DNA of 64,000 bases from Clostridiales bacterium (GTDB taxonomy: Bacteria; Bacillota; Clostridia; Saccharofermentanales; Saccharofermentanaceae). The notes beneath the pieces were generated by a model, which was not told where the DNA came from, searched no databases, and saw nothing but the letters and a program-made list of their open reading frames with translations. This document shows positions 19,634-29,316 of this stretch, piece by piece (position 1 is the stretch's first letter; each line of letters starts with the position of its first letter). Made by a program: the position numbers and the translations under genes. The stretch lies in contig JAFZKB010000020.1 in NCBI GenBank assembly GCA_017551865.1, forward strand, positions 86,818-150,817, in the 5' to 3' direction.

Positions 19634-21223
19634 TTACTTTGCCACATCCGAGGCACGTGTTTCGCGAATGATATTGACCTTGATCTGACCCGGATAATCG
19701 AGTTCTTCCTCGATTCTCTTACAGATATCACGGGCTTTTAAGATCATATCGTCATCGGATACTTTATCCGGGCTGACGATCACGCGGATCTCACGTCCTG
19801 CCTGGATCGCAAAGGCTTTCTCGACACCATCAAAACTGGTAGCGATCTCTTCGAGCTTCTGGATCCTCTTGACATAGGTTTCCATGTTCTCACGGCGCGC
19901 TCCCGGTCTTGCTGCGGAAATAGCATCCGCCGCTGCGACCAGTACAGCGATCTCTGTTGTAGGTTCAACGTCGCCGTGGTGGGACATGATAGCATTGATC
20001 ACCGTATCGTTTTCTTTATAACGGCGGGCAATGTCAGAACCCAGTTCAATATGAGAACCCTCCAGTTCAAAGTCAGCAGCCTTTCCGATATCATGCAACA
20101 AGCCTGCTCTGCGAGCAAGCATTTCATCCAGACCTAATTCTGCCGCCATCATGCTAGCCAGCCAGGCGACTTCGATTGAATGCTGCAACACATTCTGCCC
20201 GTAACTTGTACGATAACGTAATCTACCGAGATACTTGATGATCTCAGGATTCAAACCGACGATACCTGTATCAAATGCAGCACGTTCACCCTCCTGCTTG
20301 ATCGTCTGGTTTACTTCTTTACGGGCTTTGTGAGACATCTCTTCGATTCTCGCAGGATGGATACGACCATCCAAGATCAATCTTTCGATCGTCAATCGGG
20401 CAATTTCACGCCGGATCGGGTCAAAACTCGAGAGTATTACGGCCTCAGGCGTATCATCGATGATGATATCTACACCGGTGCTGGTCTCGATCGCACGGAT
20501 GTTTCTACCTTCACGGCCAATGATTCGTCCCTTCATTTCATCATTCGGCAGGGACACGACCGAAACGGTCACTTCGGACACATAGTCTGAAGCATAACGC
20601 TGGATCGCGTTTACGACGACCTCTCGGGCCTTCTTGTCGGCTTCAGCTTTCGTTTGTTCTTCCATCTGCTTAAGCATGACCGCCATATCGTGGCTGTATT
20701 CACGCTGTGCAGCGTCCAGAACAAGATTTCGAGCATCACTTACAGATAATCCGGATACTTTTTCCAGTTCGATCACTTTCTGACGTTCCAGTTCACGAGC
20801 CTTCTCCTCCATGGCCATAATATCGCTGACCTTGGACTCCAGAGCACTCTCCTTCTGTTCCATCGCTTCGACCTTGCGGTTCAGTGATTCTTCTTTCTGC
20901 TCGAGACGGTTTCTTTCTCTGGCGATCTCGGACTTTTTCTCTCTAACGTCTTTCTCTAAGTCGAGTTTTGCGTTAGTGATCTCCTCTTTCGCCTGCAAAA
21001 GTAGCTCTCTCTTTCTGCTTTCTGCGTTTTTCTGCGCCTCACCAATTACTCTTTCTGCATCTTCTTCTGCTTTGGCCATATCCTGTTCCAGCTTCTGCTG
21101 CTTAGCTGACATGCCCTTGTGAAAATATAATACGGAAAATCCTACACTGATGAGAGCACCGACTACGAAAGCAATTACAATCAATAGAATTGCTAACCAA
21201 AGTTCTATGGTACTCACCTCCAA
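19634..21223 (-). CDS. rny: Ribonuclease Y
   Basis: It has an N-terminal TM helix, a long coiled coil, a KH domain ([12 protein letters not shown]) and an HD domain (LLHDIGKA). The start is uncertain. The ORF track begins at a TTG at 21223, but GGAGGTG lies inside the first codons (21214-21220), so the true start may be a few codons downstream. Confidence 0.85.
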   Translation of the reverse strand: MEVSTIELWLAILLIVIAFVVGALISVGFSVLYFHKGMSAKQQKLEQDMAKAEEDAERVIGEAQKNAESRKRELLLQAKEEITNAKLDLEKDVREKKSEIARERNRLEQKEESLNRKVEAMEQKESALESKVSDIMAMEEKARELERQKVIELEKVSGLSVSDARNLVLDAAQREYSHDMAVMLKQMEEQTKAEADKKAREVVVNAIQRYASDYVSEVTVSVVSLPNDEMKGRIIGREGRNIRAIETSTGVDIIIDDTPEAVILSSFDPIRREIARLTIERLILDGRIHPARIEEMSHKARKEVNQTIKQEGERAAFDTGIVGLNPEIIKYLGRLRYRTSYGQNVLQHSIEVAWLASMMAAELGLDEMLARRAGLLHDIGKAADFELEGSHIELGSDIARRYKENDTVINAIMSHHGDVEPTTEIAVLVAAADAISAARPGARRENMETYVKRIQKLEEIATSFDGVEKAFAIQAGREIRVIVSPDKVSDDDMILKARDICKRIEEELDYPGQIKVNIIRETRASDVAK

Positions 21224-21275
21224 TATTTAGTTTTCAAGATTCAAAACATATGTCCCTTTATTTGAACACCATATA

Positions 21276-21305
21276 ATTTTAATGAAAGAATACTTCGATT
21301 GTCAA
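21276..21305 (-). promoter_or_regulatory. Candidate rny promoter
   Basis: On the minus strand: TTGACA, an 18-nt spacer, then TAAAAT. Confidence 0.4.
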
Positions 21306-21325
21306 CTTATTTGCCCTTCGAAAAG

Positions 21326-21958
21326 TCACTTTTTGTTACTTTTCTTTGTCATTTTTCCGGGCATGCGTCTTTTCATTGCTTCTTTCGATGCTACGGAGTA
21401 TCCGAAGAAGCCTAAAAGCTCGCCGATCGTGAAATATTCTCCGTGGCAGTAGGTCACGAGTTTCGCCTTATCCAGACGTATCTTCCCCTTGCTGTCGATC
21501 AGCTTTTCATCGACGGAAACAGCGACGACTTCCGCAAGGAACATGTCATGGGATCCGAGTTCAATAATGTCCTTCAGTTTGCAGGAAATGGACACCGGAG
21601 CCTCTTTGATCTGCGGCGCATATTTCATTTTCGGGGCCACATCCGCAGTCAGTTTCATCTTCTTAAACTTATCTTCTTTTGCCCCGCTTCTAACACCGCA
21701 GTAATCACAGGCTTTGGCGAGTTTTTCCGACACGAGGTTGATGACGAATTCCTTCGTACTGCAGATCAGTTCATGCGAGTGTCGGGACTTTCGCACCGAG
21801 ATCGAGACCATCGGGGGCTCGGAATTGATAGTGCCGGCCCAGGCGACCGTAATGATGTTCGGTCGCATCTCCTCTCTCTCCGGTTTTTTCCCCGCACAGG
21901 AGATCATGACGACCGGAACAGGGTTTAGCATCGTGGAGGGGGACATTTCGATCTTCAT
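21326..21958 (-). CDS. Flavin reductase-like FMN-binding domain protein
   Basis: NPVPVVMISC...NIITVAWAGTINSEPPMVSISVRKSRHSHELI...EFVINL is a typical flavin-reductase-family pattern. Confidence 0.7.
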   Translation of the reverse strand: MKIEMSPSTMLNPVPVVMISCAGKKPEREEMRPNIITVAWAGTINSEPPMVSISVRKSRHSHELICSTKEFVINLVSEKLAKACDYCGVRSGAKEDKFKKMKLTADVAPKMKYAPQIKEAPVSISCKLKDIIELGSHDMFLAEVVAVSVDEKLIDSKGKIRLDKAKLVTYCHGEYFTIGELLGFFGYSVASKEAMKRRMPGKMTKKSNKK

Positions 21959-21990
21959 TTTTCAGATCCTTTCTCTAACTGATGATTCTC

Positions 21991-23079
21991 TTAACACATA
22001 TGGATGCCGAACATCTCGTGATTCAGAAGATACTCCTTGATCTCGAGGCCACCCGAAAATCCGATGAGACGTCCGTCTTTACCGATGATACGATGGCACG
22101 GGACAAGAAGCGGCAGCGGGTTATCACTGCAGGCGGCACCAACGGCACGCGTCAGGTTTCTCGCCGCAATCTTATCCTGTCCGGTAAGGTCCATCGCGAT
22201 ATCTTCGTAACTTCTCGTTACGCCATAAGGCACATCGGAGACTTTCTCCCAGACCTTCTTCTGGAAATCACTTCCATAGAGCGGCTTGGCATTAATATCA
22301 AAAGTCGTCCTTCTTTTCGAAAAGTACTCATATAGCTCCATCATGCAGCGTTTGACCTCATCCGGGAACGGCATATCAAGAAGGTCTTTAAACTCAGGTG
22401 CACCTTCTCCCTTCATGACGCCGTTACTGTCGGCAATACCGGTATGGATCGCCACATTTCTTTCCAGCGTACCTTCGATTTCTTTTCCATAAGAATAAAA
22501 CTTCATCATCTCAACCACTTCATTATCTCCGCGGACCGCGACAACACCCTTTTTAAAGGCGACAAAGCCGACAGAATAATCCGGATACTCGGAATCAAGA
22601 AGTGAAAACAGCGCCGCATCCTCAAACTTATTCCCTACATACAAAGCCTCTTCTAAAAGTGCTTCCTGACGCATATGGCAGTCAAGAAGGACTTTCTCGG
22701 AAACAAGGTCGGAAGAAGGGATCAGGATCGATACTCGATGCAATTGATGGTCGAAAAACGCATATCGCAGGAGACGGTCAAACGCAGATGCGAAAAGACC
22801 ATTCACATCCGATATGCCGGGCAGTTCTTTTTCCGAAGAAAAATACATCACGCATTCCGCGCTCTTATGGATCGAGGAAATATTCTCCAGACCAAGGATC
22901 CCGATGATAAGGTCGGAACCATTCTCTTTTACCGTGCAGACGAAGTACTTCCGCTTCACATCGGAAAGAACGGAACGGATAAAAGAAGGCACATCGTCAG
23001 TGACACGCTCCAGAACGCCCTGTTTCTGGATCTTGCTGGAATCAAGAATGCGGATCGGTGACAATGTGATCTCCGGCAT
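21991..23079 (-). CDS. Fusion: GNAT-like N-terminal domain plus O6-alkylguanine-DNA alkyltransferase (MGMT/Ogt) C-terminal domain
   Basis: The C-terminus has FQKKVWEKVSDVPYGVTRSYEDIA...LLVPCHRIIGKDG, including the PCHR active site. The N-terminal ~170 aa carry HRVSILIPSSDLVSEKVLLDCHMRQEALLEEALYVGNKFEDAALFSLL, which looks like a RimJ/RimL-type GNAT. The start is the ATG at 23079, after AGGAG. Confidence 0.7.
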   Translation of the reverse strand: MPEITLSPIRILDSSKIQKQGVLERVTDDVPSFIRSVLSDVKRKYFVCTVKENGSDLIIGILGLENISSIHKSAECVMYFSSEKELPGISDVNGLFASAFDRLLRYAFFDHQLHRVSILIPSSDLVSEKVLLDCHMRQEALLEEALYVGNKFEDAALFSLLDSEYPDYSVGFVAFKKGVVAVRGDNEVVEMMKFYSYGKEIEGTLERNVAIHTGIADSNGVMKGEGAPEFKDLLDMPFPDEVKRCMMELYEYFSKRRTTFDINAKPLYGSDFQKKVWEKVSDVPYGVTRSYEDIAMDLTGQDKIAARNLTRAVGAACSDNPLPLLVPCHRIIGKDGRLIGFSGGLEIKEYLLNHEMFGIHMC

Positions 23080-23083
23080 AGTG

Positions 23084-24544
23084 CTACTCCTGTAAATCTT
23101 TTGCTTTGTATGTCTCCTCAAGGTACTGGGAGATATACCTGATATCCTGCTGAAAAAGCACGCTCTCCGAAACGACTGGGATCAGGATCGCCCGGTCCAT
23201 CCGCTCGTGGAACTGCTCGAGATAGTAACCGTATTTCTGCGTCAAAACGACGTTCTTCCAAACCGTCGGAGAAGAAATGCTCGGCATATATCCTTCTTTC
23301 GGCGAAAGGCGAGCAGCAAGAAGCAGCGCATCCTCATCAAGCGCCATAAAACAGGCAAGCTCCGAAGCCTCTTTCGGCGACTCACAGGAACTTGAAATGC
23401 AAAGCGGATAGGAGATCAGAAGCGGCGATGTGTACTCGTCCTCGGTGATCCCCGGGATCTGCATCAGGCAAAGCGTATTCGGCATATAGTTATCGTAGAT
23501 ACTGATCTCCGATGTCGTACCTGCCCAGATGCCTACTTTCCTTGAAAGAAGCGGCGAAAGACCGGAGAAGAATGCTTCGGTCTCCTCATCGGTCATGCTC
23601 TCATAGGAAAAGCCTGTTCCTATGATCGAATCGAGATAGGAAAGCGAATCCCGATATGCCTGGTCCGCGCGATCTTCTTCAGTGGATGCGGAAAGATAAG
23701 AATGATTAAACATCGCACTGGGAAGATACGGGAGAAGGTTTCCTGCCAGATAGAACGGAAGTACCGTTCTCTCGGAAGCATTGAGTTCATTGAGTTTGGA
23801 AAGAAGATCGAGAAGCGATGTTCTGCTCTGTTTAAAGCTGACGGTCGCAATATCGGCCATATTCATGACTTCCATGTCGCAGTAAAGTACAGCGGCCGAA
23901 GTCTGGTACGGGATACCATACTGTTCTCCGGACGTAAAGAACGAACTGAGAAGTCCCGTATAGATACGGTCTGAAGAAAGAAGCGAAATCTCGGAAAGGT
24001 ATTTCGTGATGGGAAGCGCAAGCCCTTCAGAAACGACCTGATCGAAGCTGTCGGTCAGGAAGATGTCCGGCATATCTCCGGAAGTCCTCCACTGCTTCAG
24101 CGTGTCGGCATTACAGCCTGTCTCAGACGTGTCATATACAGAAAGGACGAACGGAAGATCAATACTGGAAAGATAACTGAGATCGACCGTCTCACCGGTC
24201 ACGCCATCGCCGAGAAGGCCGGAACTCTTGGCAACATATAACTTTGCAAGATAGGATACTGTCTCATAAGAAAGCGGAGAAGCAACCGTAATCTCCATCG
24301 TCTTACTATCCGGAATGCTCTCGCTTCCCTTCTGTTCGGTCGTCTCGGAAGTATCAGATGTAGGGATCGTCGGAAATTCAGATCTGACCTTCTTACAGGA
24401 AGTCAGAAAAAGGCAGGAAAGGATCGAAAATGAAAGCACCAGAGAGATGATTTTTCCGGCTCTTTTCGAAAAGCTTCGGTCTTTTTCGGTTAATTGTCCT
24501 TTTTGAAACATAAATTGCCTTTTCATCCAATCAAATTCAATCAT
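23084..24544 (-). CDS. Solute-binding-protein-like lipoprotein (family-1 sugar SBP-like), no transporter partners adjacent
   Basis: It has a signal peptide with the lipobox FLTSC, followed by a Ser/Thr/Glu-rich linker. SBP-like segments are present (LKQWRTSGDMPDIFLTDSFDQVV). The exact start is ambiguous because there are several in-frame Met codons. Confidence 0.5.
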   Translation of the reverse strand: MIEFDWMKRQFMFQKGQLTEKDRSFSKRAGKIISLVLSFSILSCLFLTSCKKVRSEFPTIPTSDTSETTEQKGSESIPDSKTMEITVASPLSYETVSYLAKLYVAKSSGLLGDGVTGETVDLSYLSSIDLPFVLSVYDTSETGCNADTLKQWRTSGDMPDIFLTDSFDQVVSEGLALPITKYLSEISLLSSDRIYTGLLSSFFTSGEQYGIPYQTSAAVLYCDMEVMNMADIATVSFKQSRTSLLDLLSKLNELNASERTVLPFYLAGNLLPYLPSAMFNHSYLSASTEEDRADQAYRDSLSYLDSIIGTGFSYESMTDEETEAFFSGLSPLLSRKVGIWAGTTSEISIYDNYMPNTLCLMQIPGITEDEYTSPLLISYPLCISSSCESPKEASELACFMALDEDALLLAARLSPKEGYMPSISSPTVWKNVVLTQKYGYYLEQFHERMDRAILIPVVSESVLFQQDIRYISQYLEETYKAKDLQE

Positions 24545-24566
24545 TTCTATTATACAATAAACGTTT

Positions 24567-24607
24567 CAAAAAAAAGAACTGTCTTACCGTTTCAGAAAGA
24601 CAGTTCT
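24567..24607 (-). terminator. Rho-independent terminator after tRNA-Thr
   Basis: A 12-bp stem, AAGAACTGTCTT / AAGACAGTTCTT, is followed by a T-run on the minus strand. Confidence 0.6.
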
Positions 24608-24609
24608 TC

Positions 24610-24684
24610 TGGAGCCAATGGTGGGAATCGAACCCACGACCTATTCATTACGAGTGAATTGCTCTACCCCTGAGCCACATTGGC
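24610..24684 (-). tRNA. tRNA-Thr (anticodon CGT), CCA encoded
   Basis: The reverse complement folds as a clean cloverleaf. The acceptor is GCCAATG/CATTGGC, the D-arm is GCTC-AGGGGTA-GAGC, the anticodon arm is ATTCA-CTCGTAA-TGAAT, and the T-arm is GTGGG-TTCGATT-CCCAC. Confidence 0.9.
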
Positions 24685-24704
24685 GCTTGTTCAAAGCACA
24701 AACA

Positions 24705-24733
24705 AATATACCGATTATTTAAGGATATGTCAA
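24705..24733 (-). promoter_or_regulatory. Strong sigma-A-type promoter for tRNA-Thr
   Basis: On the minus strand: TTGACA, a 17-nt spacer, then TATATT. It lies about 20 nt upstream of the tRNA 5' end. Confidence 0.55.
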
Positions 24734-24743
24734 GGGAATTCAA

Positions 24744-24772
24744 TTGACTTCTCCCTAAATAGATGATACCTT
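24744..24772 (+). promoter_or_regulatory. Candidate promoter of the nitrogenase-like/ABC operon
   Basis: TTGACT (24744-24749), a 17-nt spacer, then TACCTT preceded by TGa (an extended -10). The -10 hexamer is weak. Confidence 0.3.
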
Positions 24773-24835
24773 ACACTAATGAGATCAAACCTCTGACATA
24801 AAGTTTTACTGAATGAAAGAAAGGATCCTAAAGTT

Positions 24836-25108
24836 ATGCAGACCAGAGTCGCTGTCATCAGCATTATTGTCGAAGACCCGTCGTCCGTGGAGAAGCTCAA
24901 TTCTCTTCTTCATGAGTATGGAAAATACATTATCGGACGCATGGGCATCCCTTACCGTGAGAAGAATATCAGCATCATCAGTATCGCCATCGATGCTCCT
25001 CAGGATGCCATTAATACGCTTTCCGGAAAGATCGGGAAGCTTTCCGGGATCACCTCGAAGACCGCGTATTCCAATGTAGTCTCCGACGGATCTGTCTCCG
25101 AAGGTTAA
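24836..25108 (+). CDS. TM1266-family small ACT/NikR-C-like protein (family usually labelled iron-only hydrogenase system regulator)
   Basis: RVAVISIIVEDPSSVEKLNSLLHEYGKYIIGRMGIPYREKNISIISIAIDAP matches my memory of the TM1266/TIGR03959 family. No DNA-binding domain is present. AAGGA lies 10 nt upstream of the ATG. Confidence 0.7.
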   Translation: MQTRVAVISIIVEDPSSVEKLNSLLHEYGKYIIGRMGIPYREKNISIISIAIDAPQDAINTLSGKIGKLSGITSKTAYSNVVSDGSVSEG

Positions 25109-25124
25109 GTTTCAGGTAAAGACT

Positions 25125-26144
25125 ATGAACAAGAAGCGTTCTGCCCTCTGGAAAACGTCCTATATTCTTGCGCTGATCGCCCTTCCCGTGATCCTTCTTC
25201 TGATCTGCCTTTGTATAGGAAGATACTTCGTATCCGTTCCTGAAGTGCTGGAGTGTATCGCTGCGCGTTTTTCGGATACAGACGGCATCAATAAGATGGC
25301 CTATATTACCGTATGGAATGTCCGTCTGCCGCGGCTTCTACTCGCTTTTTTGGTCGGTGCCGCACTTTCCTGCGCAGGCCTTATTTTCCAGAGTCTTTTC
25401 CAGAATCCTCTGGCCACACCGGACACGCTTGGAGTAGCAGGGGGCGCAAGCTTTGGTGCCGTGCTGTCGATCCTTCTCGGATTCACCGCGATCATTCTAC
25501 AACTCGTATCCTTTGCTTTCGGTTGTATCGCCGTGTCGCTGACGATGCTCGCCGCACGCGGAAAGACCCGAAATATGAGCACTATCGTCCTTTCCGGTAT
25601 CATGATGGGCTCCCTTTTTTCGGCCCTCGTTTCCCTGGTCAAATTTGCTGCCGATTCAGAACAGCAGCTGCCGTCCATCACCTACTGGCTGATGGGAAGC
25701 CTGCAGTCGGCTACATATAAGTCGATCGTGATCGGCATGATCCCGATCCTTATCAGTATCGTCATCCTTTTCCTGCTTCGCTGGAGACTGAATCTCCTTT
25801 TGCTTTCGGAAGAGGAAGCTGTCTCATCAGGATCAAATATCCGTATCCTTCGCCTTGCCGCGATCCTTTGTGCGACGGCCGCGACCGCATCTTCGATCTC
25901 CATGTGCGGACAGGTCGGCTGGGTCGGTCTGATCGTCCCGCATATGTGCCGCATGGCGCTCGGAAATGACCACAGATACCTGCTTCCCGCGTCGATCTCT
26001 CTGGGCGGATCCTTTATGATCGTCGTTGACACGCTTGCCCGTTCGATGTCCGCTTCCGAGATCCCGATCTCGATCCTGACAGCCATCATCGGCGCACCTT
26101 TCTTCTTATTCCTAATGAGAAAGAAAGGAGGCTGGTCACTATGA
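25125..26144 (+). CDS. FecCD/BtuC-family ABC permease (iron-chelate/corrinoid importer class)
   Basis: It has about 9-10 TM helices. RLPRLLLAFLVGAALSCAGLIFQSLFQNPLATPDTLGVAGGASFGAV is the FecCD signature region. Confidence 0.85.
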   Translation: MNKKRSALWKTSYILALIALPVILLLICLCIGRYFVSVPEVLECIAARFSDTDGINKMAYITVWNVRLPRLLLAFLVGAALSCAGLIFQSLFQNPLATPDTLGVAGGASFGAVLSILLGFTAIILQLVSFAFGCIAVSLTMLAARGKTRNMSTIVLSGIMMGSLFSALVSLVKFAADSEQQLPSITYWLMGSLQSATYKSIVIGMIPILISIVILFLLRWRLNLLLLSEEEAVSSGSNIRILRLAAILCATAATASSISMCGQVGWVGLIVPHMCRMALGNDHRYLLPASISLGGSFMIVVDTLARSMSASEIPISILTAIIGAPFFLFLMRKKGGWSL

Positions 26145-27223
26145 TCCTGAAGATCGAAAACGGGACCTTCGCATATAAGAAGGGCTCGCCGCTCTTTTCC
26201 GATGTAAACTTCGAACTCAATTCCGGCGACATCATCAGTATCCTCGGTCCAAACGGCGCCGGTAAGACGACCATGCTACGCGCGATCATGGGTATCCTTC
26301 CCTGGAGCTCCGGAAGAAGTCTTCTGGATAACGAAGATATTAAAGACCTCTCGCCCGCCAAAATGTGGTCGAAGGTCTCCTATGTCCCGCAGTCCCACGG
26401 AATCGCGGGAAGCTATACCATCCTGGATTCAGTTCTTTTCGGAATGACACCGAAGATCGGGGTCTTCTCTTCTCCCGGAAAAGAGGACATCGAGCATGCC
26501 GAGTCGATCCTCGATCGTCTGCACCTTACGAAACTTTCTAACAGGAAGTGTAACGAGTTAAGCGGCGGCGAACTGCAGATGACTTTGATCGCACGCGCCA
26601 TGGCCAGTGATCCGGGCATCATCATCTTAGACGAACCGGAGTCGAATCTCGACTTTAAAAACCAGATCATCGTACTCGATACGCTCACACAGCTGAGCGC
26701 TGAAGGAGTGGGCGTCCTTTTTAACACCCACTATCCGGACCATGCGCTTCGAAGATCCGGAAAAGCCCTTCTTCTCGACCATGGGAAAGTGCGTTTCGGG
26801 GCGACGAAAGAGATCATCACGGAAGAAAATCTTGCGGATGCTTTCGGCGTTAAGGCCATCATCGGAAGGATCGAGACCGACAGCAACCAGATCGATAACG
26901 TCATTCCTGTGTCGCTTCTTCCGAATAAGTCCGATACTTTGGAAAAAGAACAGCCAGAAGATACGGAAACTGACACACTCGCGAGCATCTCCATCATCTG
27001 CTCGGAATTCGAGGAATCCGGGAAGATCAACACGATCCTGCATGAATACCCGGATATCCTTTTCGGACGCATGGGCATGCCCCACAGAAAAAGAAATGTA
27101 TACCTGATCAACGTCAACCTCGACGGTCCGAAAAGAAGGATCGAGGAGCTTTCCCACAGACTCAGCCTCCTTCCTTCTGTCAGCGTCAAGGTCACATACG
27201 TAAAAGAGGAGGAACACTTATGA
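26141..27223 (+). CDS. ABC ATPase (FepC/BtuD class) with an extra C-terminal TM1266-like domain
   Basis: Walker A is GPNGAGKTT, the signature is LSGGELQ and Walker B is [12 protein letters not shown]. After a polar linker, the last ~82 aa (nt 26975..27220) read [52 protein letters not shown], clearly homologous to the first gene of the operon. Confidence 0.85.
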   Translation: MILKIENGTFAYKKGSPLFSDVNFELNSGDIISILGPNGAGKTTMLRAIMGILPWSSGRSLLDNEDIKDLSPAKMWSKVSYVPQSHGIAGSYTILDSVLFGMTPKIGVFSSPGKEDIEHAESILDRLHLTKLSNRKCNELSGGELQMTLIARAMASDPGIIILDEPESNLDFKNQIIVLDTLTQLSAEGVGVLFNTHYPDHALRRSGKALLLDHGKVRFGATKEIITEENLADAFGVKAIIGRIETDSNQIDNVIPVSLLPNKSDTLEKEQPEDTETDTLASISIICSEFEESGKINTILHEYPDILFGRMGMPHRKRNVYLINVNLDGPKRRIEELSHRLSLLPSVSVKVTYVKEEEHL

Positions 27224-27978
27224 TCAAGATCGCTATCTACGGAAAAGGCGGTATCGGAAAATCCACCACCGTAAGTAACCTTGCCGCCGCATTTGCGGAC
27301 CAGGGCAAAAAGGTCATGCAGATCGGCTGCGACCCGAAGGCGGATTCCACCATCTCCCTGCGAGGTCAGGAGAAAATGGACACCGTCTTAGAGCTTGTAC
27401 GAAAAAGAGGAAAAGATCTGACCCTCGATGAGATGGTCAGGATCGGTTATAAGGGAGTGATCTGCGTTGAGGCCGGCGGTCCGACACCTGGTCTCGGATG
27501 CGCAGGAAGAGGCATCATCGCCGCTCTCGATAAACTGAAAGAAAATGGAGCATACGAAGTATATAAGCCGGATGTCGTGCTTTATGACGTACTCGGCGAC
27601 GTCGTCTGCGGCGGCTTTTCCATGCCGATGCGCGGCGGATATGCCGACAAAGTTTTCGTCATCACTTCCGGAGAAAATATGGCGATCCATGCAGCTGCGA
27701 ACATCGCGGTCGCGCTCGAAAACTTTCAAGGCAGAGGATATGCCTCTCTCGGCGGCGTCATCTTAAATCGAAGAAACGTGAAGGATGAAGTAAAAAAAGT
27801 AGAAGAGCTCTGCTCCGATATCGGATCTTCCATCATCGGGACACTTTCCCGAAGCGAGACCGTCACCGATGCCGAGGATCTCGGAAAGACAGTTATCGAG
27901 GCTTTCCCGGAAAGCGAAATGGCGGAAGAATACAGAACACTCGCACGTCAGGTCCTTGCCTGCTGTGAAGAAAAATAA
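27220..27978 (+). CDS. Nitrogenase iron protein-like ATPase (NifH/BchL/CfbC superfamily), 252 aa
   Basis: The motifs are [14 protein letters not shown] (P-loop), GCDPKADST (switch I), GLGCAGRGI and [15 protein letters not shown]. Both [4Fe-4S] Cys positions and switch II are present. Confidence 0.9.
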   Translation: MIKIAIYGKGGIGKSTTVSNLAAAFADQGKKVMQIGCDPKADSTISLRGQEKMDTVLELVRKRGKDLTLDEMVRIGYKGVICVEAGGPTPGLGCAGRGIIAALDKLKENGAYEVYKPDVVLYDVLGDVVCGGFSMPMRGGYADKVFVITSGENMAIHAAANIAVALENFQGRGYASLGGVILNRRNVKDEVKKVEELCSDIGSSIIGTLSRSETVTDAEDLGKTVIEAFPESEMAEEYRTLARQVLACCEEK

Positions 27979-27990
27979 GGAATTAGGAAT

Positions 27991-29316
27991 ATGCTTCGAA
28001 AAGTAAATGGAATAGAAGTCAATATCGATCCGATCCCGATCAGGGACATCTCGTTCCCGAGCCCTTTTCCCGCAGGACTCGAGTTCTCCTCCCCTGCCCG
28101 CGGCACCTGGAACATCGCCCATCAGGGCATGCTGATCCCGCAGGCGCACGAGATCTTCGTCTGCGCCGCAAGCTGTCTTCGCGGTGTCGTACTGACCGCA
28201 TATGAGATGCGTGCCGAAAAGCGTTTTTCGACTGTCGCGGTCGAAGAAAGTAACCTGATCGAGGGCAATATGGAAGATCTCATCATCGATGGTGTCAGCC
28301 ACATCATCGAAGAACTTCCTCAAAAGCCGCCGTGCGTTCTGGTCTATACATCCTGTGTCCACCACTTCTGCGGCTGCGATCTGGATATGGTCTATAGAGA
28401 GCTCCGCTCCCGCTTCCCTAAGATCGATTTTACCGACTGCTATATGAACCCCATCATGAGAAAGAGCGGGCGCACACCGGACCAGATCATGAGAAGCCGT
28501 TTCTACAGTCTTCTGAAGCCGAAGGATATCCTGCCCGGTTCTGTTGCCTTTATCGGAAATGACTTTTCCACGGCCAAAGACAGCACGCTTTATAAGGCGC
28601 TTTCCTCCGCCGGTATCAAAATCTATGAGCTGACGGAATGTAAGACCTACGAAGAGTATCAGGAGATGGCGCGCGCCGAATACTATATCGTCGATTATCC
28701 ATCTGCTAAAGTCGGCGGAGAGGACCTCTCCGAGCGTCTATCGGGTAAACTTCTTTATCTTCCCTTCACCTTTACGTATAAGGAGATCCGGGAAAATGTC
28801 CGAAAGCTCAGTGAAGCGCTTCCTATCGTTCTTCCGGATTTTGATGCCGAGGAAGAAAAATGTGAAGAAGCTTTAGCTTCTTTAAAAGAACTGATAAAGG
28901 ACACACCGGTCGCAATCGACTACACTTCTTTCACGCGTCCACTGGGTCTTGCGCGACTTCTTCTCGACCACGGATTCAATGTCCGCCGCGTCTATGCCGA
29001 TGTTTTTATCGGAGAAGAAAAAGAAGACTACGAATACCTTTGCAAAAAGCACCCGGATCTGGAGGTCTGGCCGACGCTTTCTCCGCAGATGCGGTTTGCC
29101 GCCGATCATCAAAGATCCGATTATCTGTGTATCGGCCAGAAAGCCGCTCATTTTAACGGCGCGCCGCACTTCGTAGATATCGTCGAGAATGGCGGACTTT
29201 ACGGATACCAGGCAGTCACAAAACTCTGCGAACTTATGGAAGATGCATTTAGAAACGAAAAAGACATCCGGGAACGGATCTCGAAAAAGGCATGGGGGTG
29301 TGAAAGCTGCATATGA
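27991..29316 (+). CDS. Nitrogenase component-1-type oxidoreductase, alpha/NifD-NifE-BchN-like subunit (441 aa)
   Basis: It sits immediately after the NifH-like gene. It has a CAASC pair (about C58/C62) and VYTSCVHHFCGCD, which resembles the xSCxxxxxGxD segment of NifD/E and BchN. I saw no HCxRS-type FeMo-co Cys motif. Confidence 0.7.
   Translation: MLRKVNGIEVNIDPIPIRDISFPSPFPAGLEFSSPARGTWNIAHQGMLIPQAHEIFVCAASCLRGVVLTAYEMRAEKRFSTVAVEESNLIEGNMEDLIIDGVSHIIEELPQKPPCVLVYTSCVHHFCGCDLDMVYRELRSRFPKIDFTDCYMNPIMRKSGRTPDQIMRSRFYSLLKPKDILPGSVAFIGNDFSTAKDSTLYKALSSAGIKIYELTECKTYEEYQEMARAEYYIVDYPSAKVGGEDLSERLSGKLLYLPFTFTYKEIRENVRKLSEALPIVLPDFDAEEEKCEEALASLKELIKDTPVAIDYTSFTRPLGLARLLLDHGFNVRRVYADVFIGEEKEDYEYLCKKHPDLEVWPTLSPQMRFAADHQRSDYLCIGQKAAHFNGAPHFVDIVENGGLYGYQAVTKLCELMEDAFRNEKDIRERISKKAWGCESCI

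Noticed and set aside
24685-24835. Riboswitch (for example cobalamin) in the leader of the nitrogenase-like/ABC operon
   Set aside because: Only about 90 nt lie between the candidate promoter and the ATG. The stretch is AT-rich, with no B12-box-like element and no extended conserved helices visible.
24813-25079. Alternative 88-aa ORF overlapping the TM1266-like gene in another frame
   Set aside because: The 24836 frame gives a recognisable family sequence and has an SD. The 24813 frame is Ser/Arg/Leu-rich with no motif.
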